DNA of 64,000 nt from Phoronis australis (taxonomy: Eukaryota > Animalia > Phoronida): assembly GCA_002633005.1 (NCBI GenBank), contig NMRA01000116.1, forward strand, positions 566,521 to 630,520, read 5' to 3'. Below the pieces are notes generated by a model. That model was not told the origin of the DNA and made no database searches. It saw nothing but the letters and a program-made list of their open reading frames with translations. The position numbers were made by a program, and so were the translations under genes. Shown here piece after piece: positions 25,931 through 40,790 of the stretch (the first letter of the stretch is position 1; each line of letters begins with the position of its first letter).

Positions 25931-27107
25931 CTAAAGGAAGACATCATAGATTTAACATGTGTAGCATTGGTCAGAGGCATGAGCATCAAAGTCTTCCAAC
26001 AAATAACCAGAGGTTCCTGCAACACACACTGTAAGCTTCTGGCAAGTCTATTAGAATCATAATAAGGCCACTAGATGGCGCAGAACATGTCAAACCCATC
26101 CGAAATTGGGAAGGTGTCACATCGTTCCTAATAAAAAACTGACTCTCAAATGTCATGAAAATCCACCAAAGAACTGTGAAACCACTGAGGCTAGCACGAA
26201 AAATAAAATTTCCACTAAGGGGCACAGCAGTAGTCAGTCATTCAAAATATCATGGGCAGCCATAGTTATATTTATAGGAAAACACCTTCAAAAGTTCACA
26301 AAGACCCTGCGAAGGAATCAGGTGCTATAGCCATGAACGAAAAAACACAAAATCATCACTAGAGGATGCCACAGTTACCAGACCCATCCAAAAATCAAGG
26401 TCAGCTATGTCCTCTCACCAGGAACACAACTGTTTCATAATGATCCCTTGAGGAGTTTGGTGGATAAAAAGGCTCCCACCAAAAACGGATTCACCGACAT
26501 TTTTGTGGGGACCTAAGCATTTATTGAAAATGCAATCCAACATGCCCAGATCACAAACACTTGCATTCTTAATGCTGAATTAAAATTCATAATCATGGGC
26601 GATCCCCGATATCTTTTTTGGAAACGTTTGAGTTTGACCAAAGTATCTAATCAATGCATGAGCCAAAAACGTTGAATGCAACTATAGCTGGTCAAAATTG
26701 CCGAGTCAAAATAACAAATGAAGTCAATGACCTACTGATAATAGCAATAAAAGAGGGATGAATCATGTCAGTGCGGCATAGGAAAGTTATTCAACCATGG
26801 AAAATATTGCACCTCATGTCAACCGGCAACACTCTGGATAGACATTGTGTTATGTCGCTGTATGCCACAGTAATGTTGGAAGACAGAATGACTTTGATGA
26901 GACTTTGTGAAAGTTTCCCTAAACTTTTGCGAGGTTGTCTAGAAATTACAAAGTTTTACCCAAACATGGCTACCTAGACATCGTTTAATTACCCTGACAC
27001 TTCTATATAATTACACCCCTAAGGACCTTGTGGGCATGTCTTACATCAACTCACCAAAAACATTAAAAACCACTCTTCATCAATTCAATGTATTTAAAAA
27101 TCACTAC

Positions 27108-27200
27108 CTCTTCATCAAGCCAGTCGTTGTACTGTACAATTGACGTCATCACAATGTCAGCACCCTTAAGGTAAAATATAATTTCACCTGATGATTCTTC
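27108..27200 (-). CDS. ATP9: ATP9 exon
   Basis: [31 protein letters not shown] (KGAD motif). Confidence 0.93.
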
Positions 27201-30200
27201 CTGCAATCAAAGACGACTTATATTAGACACAACACACAACTACTGATCAATAGCGGAGATTTGACGGACTAAAACAGGATCCAACTAACCGGCAGAAAAT
27301 TTAAAGTATCGAGACATACGAAAAGATCTTTCAAGCACATTTAACATTTGGTAGTCCGGAGTTAGTTTAACATTCTGGCAGCGACTCTTTTGTTAGTTCC
27401 TGTGTACACTACATATTTAGGGCCCATAGCCCAAAACACCTGATTTGAAACTCACAAGACCCCACCAATGAGAAGTCTCTTGCTGAAGTGTCCACATGAT
27501 TCACAATCAGGTGATCAGTGCAAATTTCAAAAAAAAAAAAAAATTGTCAAGAAACTCTGAAGATAGGTAGACAAAGTTAACGTAAAACTGCTACTAGAGG
27601 GACAATGATACTCATGCCACCCCATCTGTATTAGGAACATGTTTGATAAATTTTGTGAACCTCCATTAAGGGGTTTTGTAGATACAGCATTGGATGCTGG
27701 ATGTGGACGACGGCATAATGTGCCCTCCCACACACACACACACACATAAGTGTGTGTAAGATGGAACCCATACAAATACATAACTGTAAAATTTGTGATT
27801 TACTATAATTTTTGAAAAGCTCACTACATTCAATGCTAAATATACTCAGAATTTTACTGGATTAGCATTAAACAAAGTGAGCAATGAGAAGCAAATTATC
27901 ACTCAATATTTTTGATAATAGTTAAATAATAATAATAACTTTATTTTGAACAAGAGGCCAACATAATGTATTTTAAACTGAAAGTTTAGCAAACATAAAA
28001 TGAAACTGTACAGAAAAACAAACAAAAATGGACTGTTATCTCGGCAAAAGTATCCAATTGCAGATCGCAATTACCTCGTTTAGTTAATATATATTTATCT
28101 CTTATTACCTAAAAATCATTATAGTTTGGTAGCAGCCCTACCACTGACACAGCTTGGGTGAAGATACAACTGTACTTTTTGTTAGACAATAAATATATTC
28201 AATATCCTATCTCCAGGCATGGAGATATGAAGCAGAACACCAAGAGATATAATGATCAAGAGATCGTTTCTTACATGACCGAAAAATAACTAGGAAAGAA
28301 ACAGTAGACAATACCACCATTCGCTATGTAGAAAATGACACATAAGGGTTAAAGATTTTGGAGTCTCTATTGACCAGTCATGAAAATCCTGTGCTCAATG
28401 AGCAGATCAAAGGTGCGTACATCATACTGGCCTTGTTCCATAAGACTTGTGGGCTCCCTACCGTGTGATACCTTCACACTGCTTGCACGCCTGCTTCCTG
28501 CTGTCACCATATATTTCACTGTTTATTTCACTTCTACGTTCATTTCACCTATTGCCTTATGGTGAGACATGTGGTCTCAAAATATAGCAACTATTTTAAC
28601 ATAATATTTGTACCTTATGTCTCTTGGTATTTTGCTTCATACATACATGCCTGAAGATAGGAGATTGTACGGAGACTACAAGCGAGTATATTATTAAGCT
28701 GTCACAAAAAAGGTCAGTCGTGACTTCAACCAAGTTTATTACATAAAATGAAATCAATCATACAATGTTTAGGATAGTCAACCTCAGTTAATTCTTCAAA
28801 ATGCGTGTGTCTTGCGAAATGTTGCCCTGGCAACCAGAGTAAGATTACTAATAATTAGATTTAATAACGAGATTGCACAAATTTTCCAAACCTTAATTGT
28901 TTTAACGATGTCGTAGATGGCTTCTATAACTATTTACCTCAAGCACTAATGACTGGTAAGAACGAAAAAACACCCATTTTGCGGCTTCCTGTTACAAAAA
29001 TACTCTTGAACAAAGCAACAACATTTCACATAATGTTGAGACCAAACAGCTGCCACAAAGCAAACAGAGGAAAAGACGCTTTGATGTGTTCATAAACTCA
29101 GTTGCCACAGCGACACTTTGTTGAATTAGTAAATCTAATAACATCCTAATCACTGTAAAAAGGGTAGAGCCCAACATTTATGTTTTGATGTAGATCTACA
29201 AGTCATAAAGATTGGGGCTATATTAATGACACAAACTAATCACAGAATACATTATTCATAACATGTTCTGCCAAACATAACATTGAGAAATAAAAGTGAA
29301 AATCAAAGTGTTCAAACTAAAGGGTACATTTAATTATCAGTTTTATGTCAAAAACATTTTTTGGAATTATTGTTGGATGGAATAGACTTCTTGAGGTTAG
29401 CAGCTTTGATCAGATGAATAAAACAACAGAATTTTTTTAAGTTTTTGTGATGTTATTGCGTCTTGCCATAGTTTGCCCAACATTTGTTGAAATCAACGCC
29501 AGTGTCTTTACCAGTTAAACACACTTAAAGTACTCTGTCATTTATCAAGTGGGGTTCAACACCACCACCAAAGCGTTAGATTGCGGCTTTGCAGGTTTGA
29601 ATCCACGCTATCAAAGGCGTATCTCAGAAAAACTTTTCTCGCCGATAGCATCACATTAGCAACAATTTCCTGTGCTCAGCGCTGAATCAAATCTGCTACC
29701 CCATAGTCACACTCTAAAGCTCTGCCAGCAAAGCTAAACTCCTCAATAAACAACAGCGTACTGAAGTGGCAAAGTCACCACCTTGATTTCAGTGAATGTC
29801 TGGCAGACAACGACAAGAACTGGCTATTTGTAATGAAATACCCCAAACAGAAGCTGTTATGGCTTTGGTCAGAGCTAATTCCAAAATGCACATTTTGGTC
29901 ATCAAACTGAATTGACATGCTAAAGAAATTTCCAAAACGGCATTTTCCTGTTCTGTAACTTTACCAGACGAAAAACTGAGGGTTCTGAGCTTGTGATAAC
30001 ATCTAGTTTCTTTGTTAACTGCCAAGCACAGTCTTTTGTCTGTTATGACAAGTCACGCCAATTATATACCAGGCTTATTGCAGACCATGTGTGACCACCA
30101 TCAAACCCAGAGTGAATTCGGTACATTCGGAAAGAATAGATTATCCTAATTTGGGTTGAAGTTGGGCGATTTTGGTGATTCAAAAACTAAACATGATTAC

Positions 30201-30502
30201 CATTTGTTGAAGATTTCAGAAATGGTATTGGTTTATGTTCAAATATGTTATAACTTAACTTTTATTTTTAACAGCACAGTCCAGTCAGGGTAGATACGAT
30301 CTTATTGGAGATTAGAGCAATTTTCAAACAAAAGAGAGCCGGCCCTCCAATCATAAATGCCAGAATGGGAGTTAATCAGTCGTGTAAGATATTGGCTAAT
30401 TGGCTACAGGGGTGATCTTCTCAACTTGTTGTTGGGCTATAGAACTGAACAAGTTGGGAGCAATGGGAAAACGCCGTAATGATTTAAACTGAAGTAACAA
30501 AC

Positions 30503-30664
30503 CTTCACTATAATGCCCATGCGTTTTGATTCAGAAGTGAATGGAAACAGTTGAAGTATGGAATAGTTCTGTCTCAGTCCAGTAGGGCACCTCAGCTGCA
30601 TTGTTGCTAGGTCTCGTTTGACAAGAGCGAGACCTACACTCTCTGTCCAATTTACTAGTGCCAC
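30503..30664 (-). CDS. ATP9: ATP9 exon
   Basis: [18 protein letters not shown]...[16 protein letters not shown]. Confidence 0.94.
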
Positions 30665-30973
30665 CTGGCAAATGTAAAACAAGGTACAACTGAGAACAAC
30701 CTAGGAAATAATTTTTACAAGAAATGCATTTGTAAAAACAGTGTTCTGTCGGATGGCCATGTATATAATGAGTGCGTAGTGTCTCAGATAATGTGTTTAC
30801 ATTTCAGCTTCCACTTGATTTTGAGCAGAGATAAGCGCTGAGTGGAACATGCCTCGTATAATAGGCTACTTCAACTTCTGATTTAGTTGTTCATTTAATT
30901 AACCAAATGGGCAGCATCATCTTAATTGACCCACACTTATAAATGGAGTTCAGTGCCTCTACGATATAAGTAC

Positions 30974-31216
30974 CTCATCTGGACTGGAAGCTTGATAGGT
31001 GACCTTGTCATGCATCTGTTGATCTGCTTCAATAGCGTCACACTCACTGTCCAGAGCCTCGTAGACTGGTGTCACATTGTGACACAGAGCTACAGCCTTG
31101 ACAGCCTCATACGAACGCGTCACCACCGTACGACGTACTTTGGGTGGCGGTCCTCTCATGGGGGTGGTGGCAGGCTGCTGCAGCTGAGAATACGCCGTCT
31201 TTAGATGGGCAACAAC
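30974..31216 (-). CDS. ATP9: ATP9 exon
   Basis: VVAHLKTAY...AVALCHNVTPVYE...YQASSPDE. Confidence 0.93.
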
Positions 31217-31916
31217 CTGAAGGCGAGAGTCAAGCTCCACAAAAACGAATCAAATTGATGACTTTTGTACAATCTAGCAGGTGTTTTGGTACATGATGTG
31301 CAAGTGAATCTGTTGTATCAACTTCTGCATATATTATCAATTAATTAACTAATCGGGCACCAGCACCTTAACTGACCTACCCTTATAAATTGAGTTCACA
31401 GCCTGAGCGAAATGTTTCACTCACACATTGTTATTTACAGGCTGGATAACAATGATTAGTGACTGTATTAAACATGCTATGTCTCATTAAAACCCTGAAT
31501 ATTCAAATTTGTAGCAAGCGCCTCCTAGTGACTTCCTGGAGAACTGCGTGTACAAGAGAAGAAACAATTTGTAAATGCATTGCGGTTTTAAAGAAAACAT
31601 TACAACTGCTACACTTAAAAACAAGTATAAACACATAGAAAATCCTAGTTATTCCAAATATTATATAACTACCATTACTTGTAAACAAATACTAAAAATG
31701 TGCCTCATTTCATTAGGGTAACGATGAAATATCACCAAACTCATTTACACAAAAATAGTTTCGCAAAACAAGACTTTCGCAAGATTTATGGTAACTGGTT
31801 CTCGGATTGTTTCCAGCACACTGGAGGACCCACAGTAGTTTGTAAATTAGTACCTCATTTGCATAATTATTCACAATCTAATGAGATACAATATGCATTA
31901 TTAAATTATTAATTAC

Positions 31917-31973
31917 CTCATCCATGGTCTCTGAGTTGAATGAGACAGTTCCTAGATGTAACCGCCGGAACAC
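31917..31973 (-). CDS. ATP9: ATP9 exon
   Basis: VFRRLHLGTVSFNSETMDE. Confidence 0.9.
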
Positions 31974-34394
31974 CTGTCGAGATGTGACATACAATGAGCG
32001 CGTAATAATTGAACACAACAACAAAATCACAGACATGATTAGCTGCAACAAAACAGCTCATTTTGGTATAAAATGTGGTTACAACTGAAAGCTTTTCTAA
32101 AATTTAAGACATCACTAGTTATTCAGAGCATTTATTTGACACCATAGCGCACTATTGTTGTGATTGGCTTTCCCAAGTACAGTAGACGTACTGGCCACTA
32201 GATCAAAATTCCCGAGTACATCAAAATTCCGAAATTCCAATCAACGTACTATCTCACTATTTCACTTAAAGTAGTTCCACTAACAACCTGCAAGTAACTA
32301 TCACGTTCACTAATTACCAGCACAACATGATAACATATTAAAAACCTAATTCAAATCATTACTGCTAGACCTTTAGTTTATAGACCCTAAATATAAAGAT
32401 CAGTTAACTTTCTTGACCTTTCACTTTTCTTTGACATATTTGGTCTTATCTTTGATTCAAGAGTCAACTGAAGAATAAAGATTATTTCATTTTTTCACCA
32501 AAGTGTTATTTTTAAGCATTTCCCACAGCCACTCTGCAATCTCTTTGTTGCCATCTGTACCTAACTAATGATTGACAAGTAATTACAGTATGCCATTAAC
32601 TCTTTGAGATAAGCCTGTTACGTAACGGCCTCACTGTCCTGCTATTGTGTGTTCGCCAATTTATAAGGCATGCAGAATCTCTGGATTCAGTTATTGCTCA
32701 ACTGAAGCGAATAAAAACAACTAAAACAAAAATGAAAGTAAAATATCATAGACTGATGACGCACCTATAAGACGGTCCACAGGCAAGTCTTTGTGATAAC
32801 TTAACTCACAGCAGGACAAAATCATGAAATCGCAAGTTGATACGTCCGTTATTTTTCCAAATTAGTTAACCATTCATCAAACGATCGCTGAAACTTTCCT
32901 TTCTATTCTTCAACTCCTGACATTCAGAATCATGCCACAATAGTCCCTAGAAAAACTCCTAACCAACATATTCCATGTTCTAATAGCTTTTCATATTTCT
33001 GTGGCTTTTTAGACTTTTTCATAGTTTTTCTGCACAAGCATGCGCATTTTTACTGGATAAAAGACAAAAAAGACATAAACTCTCGAATCTTCAGTTTTCA
33101 TTGGCTAATACATGACCTATTTGCACTGCCGCAAAGATCACCTTGCTTTCAAGGTGTACATTACTTGTTGTTTAGAGGACTGCATACGTATGCACAATGA
33201 TATGAAAATGACCGCCAGGTAATCAATCAGATGTGGACAAAGTTTCACACAGTTTCGTTCACACAGTTTCTCTGACCCTGTTCCTGTCTTTGCTCCAACA
33301 TGAGCTTGTGCATTTTCTGTTCTTCATCATTTGCATATATTTTGAAATCTGTGACTGGGCTATCAGTCTCAGCCAGGATGTATACAATCTAAGGATATTT
33401 GGCTGTAAACCACAGTGTAATAAACACACAAGCTGTTCCATGAACGTCATAGCGAGTCATTATTAGTCCGAACAATGAATTGCCGAGAAGCTCCGCCCAC
33501 CAATTAGCCAGCATTAATTGGCCATTTTTTACAAGAAAATGACAAAAATCTGACAATTAACTGTCACAAAGATTGTAAACATGCAAGATATGGTTTCTTC
33601 TGAATCAGTGACAGATCTTTCGATTTACTGCAGAAAAATGGTAGGTTTCATGAAAATGGCGTAATTTATCTGAATCATGTTGCAGCCTGATCTTTTAACT
33701 TCAGTCATGTTTACCTCCGTTTGTTTTTTTAGCATGCCTGTTGCGTGATTTTGCTTATTTTCATCACCGGTTAACCTATTTCCAAAATTTCCGAAGAAAA
33801 ATTGTATGACAATAGTTTTTGTTAGAACATATCAACCGCTAAAGTTATTTTAAGAGAATTGTTTTTAAAATGCTAAACAATGAAAATGAAGATCAGCATT
33901 CTTTGTCTCTGTATTTAGCATGACAGAATACAATTGTTTTGAATAAATCTTGACAATTTAAACTCACAAAAATGAAAATTAAACAAGTATTCGAGTACAT
34001 TACGGAAACCCTTAAAAAGCTATCTTTGAATGCTCCAAAGGTTTTTAAAGTTTCAATTGTTGTTCAGAACACTATTCAAATGGTTACAGAAAGTATATGA
34101 AAAAATTTCATTGAAGGGAACTGTGTGAAACACAAAACAGAACTTTGAGCCTCATGTCCCTACGATTATATCTCCGCCATTTTGCTGTCAGCTGAAAATT
34201 AATAAAATCAATTAAAATACACAAATACATGGTCCTTTCACTGAAGAAACATAACCTTTAAACTGACTCATTACCGTACTTTTGGTTCTAATGTACGAGT
34301 GAGTGAACATAACTGTGCTGGTGTGAGTTATTTTGTTATTTTCAACCAAAAGCATGCTGTTCTTGTGTGACTGGTTGCTACAAACTGTTCTTAC

Positions 34395-34560
34395 CATTTC
34401 ATTCTGTGTCAACGTGCCAGTTTTATCTGTCAGAAGGTAGTTAATACGACCTAGCTCTTCTGGTATTGTGGTGCTCCGGACAACAGTACCAGGGATTGTC
34501 TCATCGCGCTGGATCATATACGAGTAGGCTATCTTGCCCATGTCAAGATTTACACGCAAG
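34395..34560 (-). CDS. ATP9: ATP9 exon with the phosphorylation site
   Basis: LRVNLDMGK...[25 protein letters not shown] (DKTGT). Confidence 0.96.
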
Positions 34561-34694
34561 CTAGCAGAGAAAAGAAGAATTAAGATTCCTAAATTACCAT
34601 AGAATGGCCATATCCGCCCACCCAACTCAGAATGCATGCATTTTTAATGTCCTACGTGGTAACCAGTTTTTATGAAAAGATAAACCGCATGAAT

Positions 34695-35620
34695 ACCTCT
34701 GTGTATTTCAAACATATCTGTGAAAGTTCACTCACTGCAATTCCAAAATTTTCAAATGAGAAACTTTGACTTCAAAAACTAACTTTCATACAGTGCATGA
34801 TGTAACACAATGGAGCTTCATCATGTCACAAAATGATGTTCAACACCAGGTCAAGGTTGACAAATTTAACTGGCGCCAAAATGTCTCACTTGCACCTCAG
34901 TAAAAATATAAAGTGTAAAGCTTCTGTCTTGAGATGTCATGCCAACAATATTTTTCCAAGTCAAAATATAAATTTTCTTGGAAAACAATGTTAAAATCAC
35001 CAAAATAGGTGATAGGTACCCAGAGTTGCCCGCCCCACAACTGAGAACAAACACTGCTGCATAAATTTCCTCTCAGACAAAACAATTTTCGTTGTTCAGA
35101 CAGACGGTCAGTCATTAATACTGTGTGTCCCAATTACCACTAAGGAGGGGGGANNNNNNNNNNNNNNNNNNNNNNNNNNNNNNNNNNNNNNNNNNNNNNN
35201 NNNNNNNNNNNNNNNNNNNNNNNNNNNNNNNNNNNNNNNNNNNNNNNNNNNNNNNNNNNNNNNNNNNNNNNNNNNNNNNNNNNNNNNNNNNNNNNNNNNN
35301 ACCTCTGTGTATTTCAAACATATCTGTGAAAGTTCACTCACTGCAATTCCAAAATTTTCAAATGAGAAACTTTGACTTCAAAAACTAACTTTCATACAGT
35401 GCATGATGTAACACAATGGAGCTTCATCATGTCACAAAATGATGTTCAACACCAGGTCAAGGTTGACAAATTTGACTGGCGCCAAAATGTCTCACTTGCA
35501 CGTCAGTAAAAATATAAAGTGTAAAGCTTCTGTCTTGAGATGTCATGCCAACAATATTTTTCCAAGTCAAATCATAAATTTTCTTGGAAAACAATGTTAA
35601 AATCACCAAAATAGGTGATA
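34695..35620. repeat. About 320 bp duplication flanking the N-gap 35154-35300
   Basis: 34695-35013 is repeated at 35301-35620. Confidence 0.85.
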
Positions 35621-35845
35621 ATAAGCAGCTAACATTCTTTCAAAATCACAGCATTTAGAGCTTAAGATTAAGACTGAACAATAAATTAGAGCTAGATTTG
35701 TTAAAAGCAATCAATTTATACTGAAAACAGGAATTGTTTCAAAAACAAATCACGTAGCAGCAGAAGCAGTAACTGGAAACCAATTTTAATTCTTGGTGAC
35801 CACTATAAACAAGAACAATTACAGAAAACAAAAAATATAGATTAC

Positions 35846-35916
35846 CTTATTGGAATTATGTAAGAGAAGAGCAGTACAAATCTGAATAAATAACGGTACC
35901 ATGGACCATCAAATCC
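35846..35916 (-). CDS. ATP9: ATP9 exon (TM4; most upstream exon recognised)
   Basis: [24 protein letters not shown]; splices to give the P4-ATPase PISL motif. Confidence 0.92.
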
Positions 35917-36926
35917 CTGAAAATATAAACAAGTAGTAAATTGTTGGAAAAAGTTACATCAATGCATTTATTACACAGTTGCGAGAACACGTCAACAATT
36001 CAGTATTCCTGAAAAGCAAATTAATGTACATAATTTTGAATTTATTAATAAACATCACACACATGGATACGACTAATAGACTATATAACTGAAGGCTATT
36101 GAGTTTGAGTCTTTGATAACACCAGAAGCAGGAATCCAATAAGAATTAGAAACAGATGGAATATTTGCTACTTCCACAAATCAATGAGAATTTCATAAAC
36201 ATTTCAGCAATGGCTGAATTCATGATTGACAGCCAGTCGGTAATTGTGGTATAAATCAACGGTAAAAATGGTAAACACTCAAACAATCATTCAACCAGGG
36301 ACCACCGCACTGAAGATTGCTTAAGGGTATGTAAGACCTTATTCACAGGTCTGCACATTTAAACAATGATCTTCATAACTATAAATTTTAACTTGGTAAA
36401 AGTCATATTTTCTTAAAGCAGAGCGCATGCAGGACTCTGTTTTTGGCTACCATTAATTGGGTAATGTGACCATGTGTTTAGCAAAAAAAGAAAATTGCAT
36501 TCATTTGGTAGCAAATCAACAGTACAAACAACATGATCAAATTTTACTTTATATCAATGTTTAGGATGAGAACTAAAACCACGATTGTTACAGTTTTCTA
36601 AAATATTAGTGTTTATTCACGAAAATCATAAAAGTCCTAGTTTTTTATAGCACCTCATGCAAAAGCAGAATATTTCAAAAACAATTCCTCGCAATGTTTT
36701 GGAGAATAGTGCGTAAAGCAAAGAATCTGAAAGTTGCGTATGAATACGATCAGCCATTTTGGAGATACAATATCCCGAAGTTAGCCTAATCAGGAATTTT
36801 TTCTATGAACCGGCACATGACGTAAAGCTAAAGTATATAGGTAGGTTGACCCATGGAAGATACAACACATGACTGTAAATTGACAACACAATTAAAAGCA
36901 GCATTAAGGGAAGTGGTAAAATTGAA

Positions 36927-37397
36927 CATGATGGTAAAAGTCATGATCATGAAGATGATGATGATGATGATAATGATGGCGATGACGTCGATAATGGCAA
37001 TGGTTATGATGATGGCGATGGTGATGATGATGACAATGATGGTGATGGTGGTGGCCATGGTGATGATGATGGCGATGATGATGGCGATGGTGATAACAGG
37101 ATGTTGATGATGACGATGATGATGATGGCAATGATGATGAGGATGAGGAAAATGATGATGATAACGGTGATGAAAATGATGACGATGGTGACAATGATGA
37201 TGAGGAAGATGATGGTGGTGATGGTGGTGGTGATAACGATGATGATGGCGATGTTGATGACAAAAACAATGACAGAGACGGAGACATAGAAAGAGAAAAT
37301 AGTGATGACAGCAACGGCGAAGACGATAATGATTACCCTAAAGATGATTGATGGGGACACAACATGATGACACATGATGACGACACATGGTGATGAA
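36927..37397 (+). repeat. Degenerate (ATG/GAT/GGT)n trinucleotide low-complexity tract
   Basis: Directly visible; accounts for the Met-, His-, Ser- and Ile-rich spurious ORFs. Confidence 0.9.
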
Positions 37398-40383
37398 ATG
37401 CAGGCTTAAACATTGGAAGGAAATTTAAAACTAATAAACGGATAGAGAGAAAATTATGAATCTTTACTGACTGAACTTACTTGAGAATTTATAACCTCTA
37501 TTGTTATCTACTTAAACTTACAGTGAAGAATCAATCAATAAAAAAGCTGTCGTCAGAAAATCTTGAATATAACTCAATTAGTATGGTTAGTCCTAGCGAT
37601 AAACAGATGACTAATGGTTGTCGCGCTTGACGAGATCTATTCATTTACTGTGTTGCAAACGGAGTCATTAAAGTACGCCGGAGATATAATTCTTTAAGGA
37701 CAAAAAACAAAAAATGGCCACCGCAGCGCTATCTTGAGTTCAATTTCAATCAAAAACAATAGGATTCTAGATACTGGTGAGTTCCACGCTGTCTGTTAAC
37801 TTCATGTCGATCAGACAAGTGGATCCAAACAACAAAAAGAACCGAAAAATTTGGCAGAATCGCACATATTTTCCCAAGCAATACTATGGAACTCAAGCAA
37901 GATCCTTCATTCAGGTACGAAACCTGTGCAGAAAACCTGAACTGGTTATTACTGCTGAGCAAATAACATAACCTGCACCAACATTGTCTCAAAACGCCAG
38001 TGTGTGTCAACTAGGCATGAGTACCATATGGGTCCACTATTGTGTGTTGATCACAAACCAACTGGATTGATTACACAGCTGATGAGAGATGACTGATGTA
38101 TATTGTTACTCCAGTCATGCATTAAACATGACCTAGGCAATTAAAAAGCAGGCAGGAACCAGGGGATACCAGACGGCATATTGCATGCCTTGATGTAGGT
38201 AATGTGTCAAAAATTATGGTTAGTAATCAGGGTGGCTTAATTAATGCACTGAAGTTTCACAATACAGTAAAACCAAACAAGGAAGGGAGCCTTGTCAATC
38301 AAGGTTATTTCTCCATCACGCTCATCCTAGCTGTATCGACTACAGTGTAGCAGACGAGTGATGTTCTATCAATAAACAGCATTATTTCCATACGTTCCCT
38401 TCCCGGCAACCAAAGACATTATAGGTGAACCCTAATAATATTATCTATGGGACAAACAAGCTGAAGCGGATTTTGGAATCTTCCGGTATTTTTTCAATAT
38501 GCGAATGAAACTATTTTTGATTACAGTGCTATTCTCTACATCAAGAATATTCGTGACATGCATGTGGGAATTTCATTTGGCATGATATGGAGTTGTCATT
38601 TTTCAAGAATAATTATGGCATTGCAAACCGTAAAACAAAGAAACCAATCACATTCTGTGGACATTGGTTATTTTCTTCTTAGTTAAATAGAAATTCTGCT
38701 ATTTTTGGAAAAAACACCAAAAATCATTGTTTAGCCATTTGACCCCCAAATAATATCATCCTCAACAATTACTAAAGATAAAATATGGAAGAGAAGTGAA
38801 ATTTCAATTAATTCTCATTTGTTGAGAAAATTATTACCACAATAAATGTTTCATCATTCTAAGCCATAGTTATAGTCAGACCATGTTTTGGTGAATAACA
38901 ATGCTGGAATACTTCGAGAAATGAAGACAATCTTTGGCAATATGTTTGTCCAATAACCATCGTAAATTATAACAAGCTGACAGTTCAGCTGCCATGAAAA
39001 AGCTTCGTGGAAGGAAATTAACTCTCAAAATACTGATTAACTGACAGAAACAAGGCAGAATATTAAAATTATGATTCTGTAAAAATTAATTTAACGTCTT
39101 TCAGATTACGCAAGACCCTGGAAAATGTTCAAATTTGGCTAACTTTGGAACATCATATCTCAGAAATAACTGATCAGAGTTATACGAAAGTTTCAGATAC
39201 TATGCTTTTGCATTGCTATCCAACACTGTTAAGAATTGTTTTTTTAAAATGTTTTTACTTTTATGATTTTCATGGAAAAAAAAAACTCTTAAGTCGCATA
39301 AAACAAAATGATATTTTATAAAACTGTAAGAGTTTTTTAGATTTCATCTTCAGTCCTTATTTCAAATAAAATTTGATCAGTCACTGATACCATTGTTTTG
39401 CTACAATGCAGCCTGCTTTTCATTAAATGTAACTAAAAAGACATGGTCATATGACCTAACATATGTCAGATTGGTAAAATGTCAAAAATGAAATTCTACA
39501 GGTTTTCTTACTTTGAATTCATAAATTAGTTTGTAAAAGTTTATACTTTTGTACATATTTGGTAAATCTAACGTAGACTTGTCAATAAGATCTTACGTGT
39601 TTCCTAGACATATTGGTTGTTACAACAAAATTTAATTAAAATAACATAGACTTTAGGTTTAAATTTCCATTACGATGAAATTTGTGACAATGTGTATATG
39701 TAAGTTCTAATTTTCTTCCATTTTTGCAATAAAGAAATGCGATCGGAAAACAAGTTACCTAAACGAATACCTTAGTCATGAGAAACAAAATAACACTGTA
39801 CTCAGTGCTTGATGCTCACCCTCTAAATTAGGAAATTTCCAACTTTACATAAAGTTGTGTTATATTCCAGGTCACAGCTTATATAATCATGACTGTGACT
39901 AAAACCAGCACATGTTTACATTATAGTGATTTCTTGTTCAACAAGTGCAATAAAAGTCACTGATATAACCCAAATCAGTTATTTGTGTACAGCAATTATC
40001 CACTTACTTTGAAGAAAAAAATTGTCAAAATAATATTGCCATAATTTTACTTTTTTTCAAAAGTTGATTTAATTGCTACACTAGACTAACATACAGTACC
40101 CTTAATTTCCGTTTTTGAAATTTGACAAAATAAAATTTCAGTTGCCATCTGTAATATAGGATGCGTAGGTGAAGAAGTATCATGAATGTCAGATCAGATT
40201 TTTCAATAACGTCAGACTCTGTAATTTCCCCTGGTTTTCAACTTAAAACCGCTTTTGATTTAGACTCTCACTGCTATACAAATTGGTCTCAACTTGTTCC
40301 TTACTCACAAGAGTTGTGATGAGTTTGTAAACAACTGACAGTTCGTTATTAGTTAGAAACATGCTTGGGGCATAAAATGACAG

Positions 40384-40538
40384 ATTGTGACAAGCCAACT
40401 TGTAGAGTCTGGTCTAAAACAACAACAAAATGACACATTGTGACAAGCCAACTTGTAGAGTCTGGTCTAAAACAACAACAAAATGACACATTGTGACAAG
40501 CCAACTTGTAGAGTCTGGTCTAAAACAACAACAAAATG
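40384..40538 (+). repeat. 53 bp tandem repeat, about 3 copies
   Basis: ATTGTGACAAGCCAACTTGTAGAGTCTGGTCTAAAACAACAACAAAATG starts at 40384, 40437 and 40490. Confidence 0.92.
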
Positions 40539-40601
40539 TCCATTCTTTTAAAGCCCTGGAATCATTTCCAGTTTGAGTATGTATCCAATGTGAGACCAAT
40601 N

Positions 40602-40790
40602 TGACCATTCACAAACCTTGACCTAGATATGACCATTCACAGAGTAAGAGCTAAATGTGACCATTCACCGACTTATAGCAAGACGTGGCTATTCACAGAC
40701 CTAGTGCTAGATGTGACCATTCAACTACCCAAAACTAGATTTGACCATTCACTGACTTAGAACTATAGATGTGACCATTCACAGACAGTA
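40602..40790 (+). repeat. About 29 bp minisatellite (TGTGACCATTCAC core)
   Basis: Seven degenerate units after the N at 40601. Confidence 0.85.

Noticed and set aside
36828-37375. Met-rich, His-rich and Ser/Ile-rich ORFs suggesting a metal-binding protein
   Set aside because: They arise in several frames on both strands from a degenerate (ATG)n microsatellite, with no splice or gene context
40384-40790. Repeat arrays superficially resembling CRISPR
   Set aside because: Eukaryotic intronic context, units are tandem without unique spacers, and there are no cas genes
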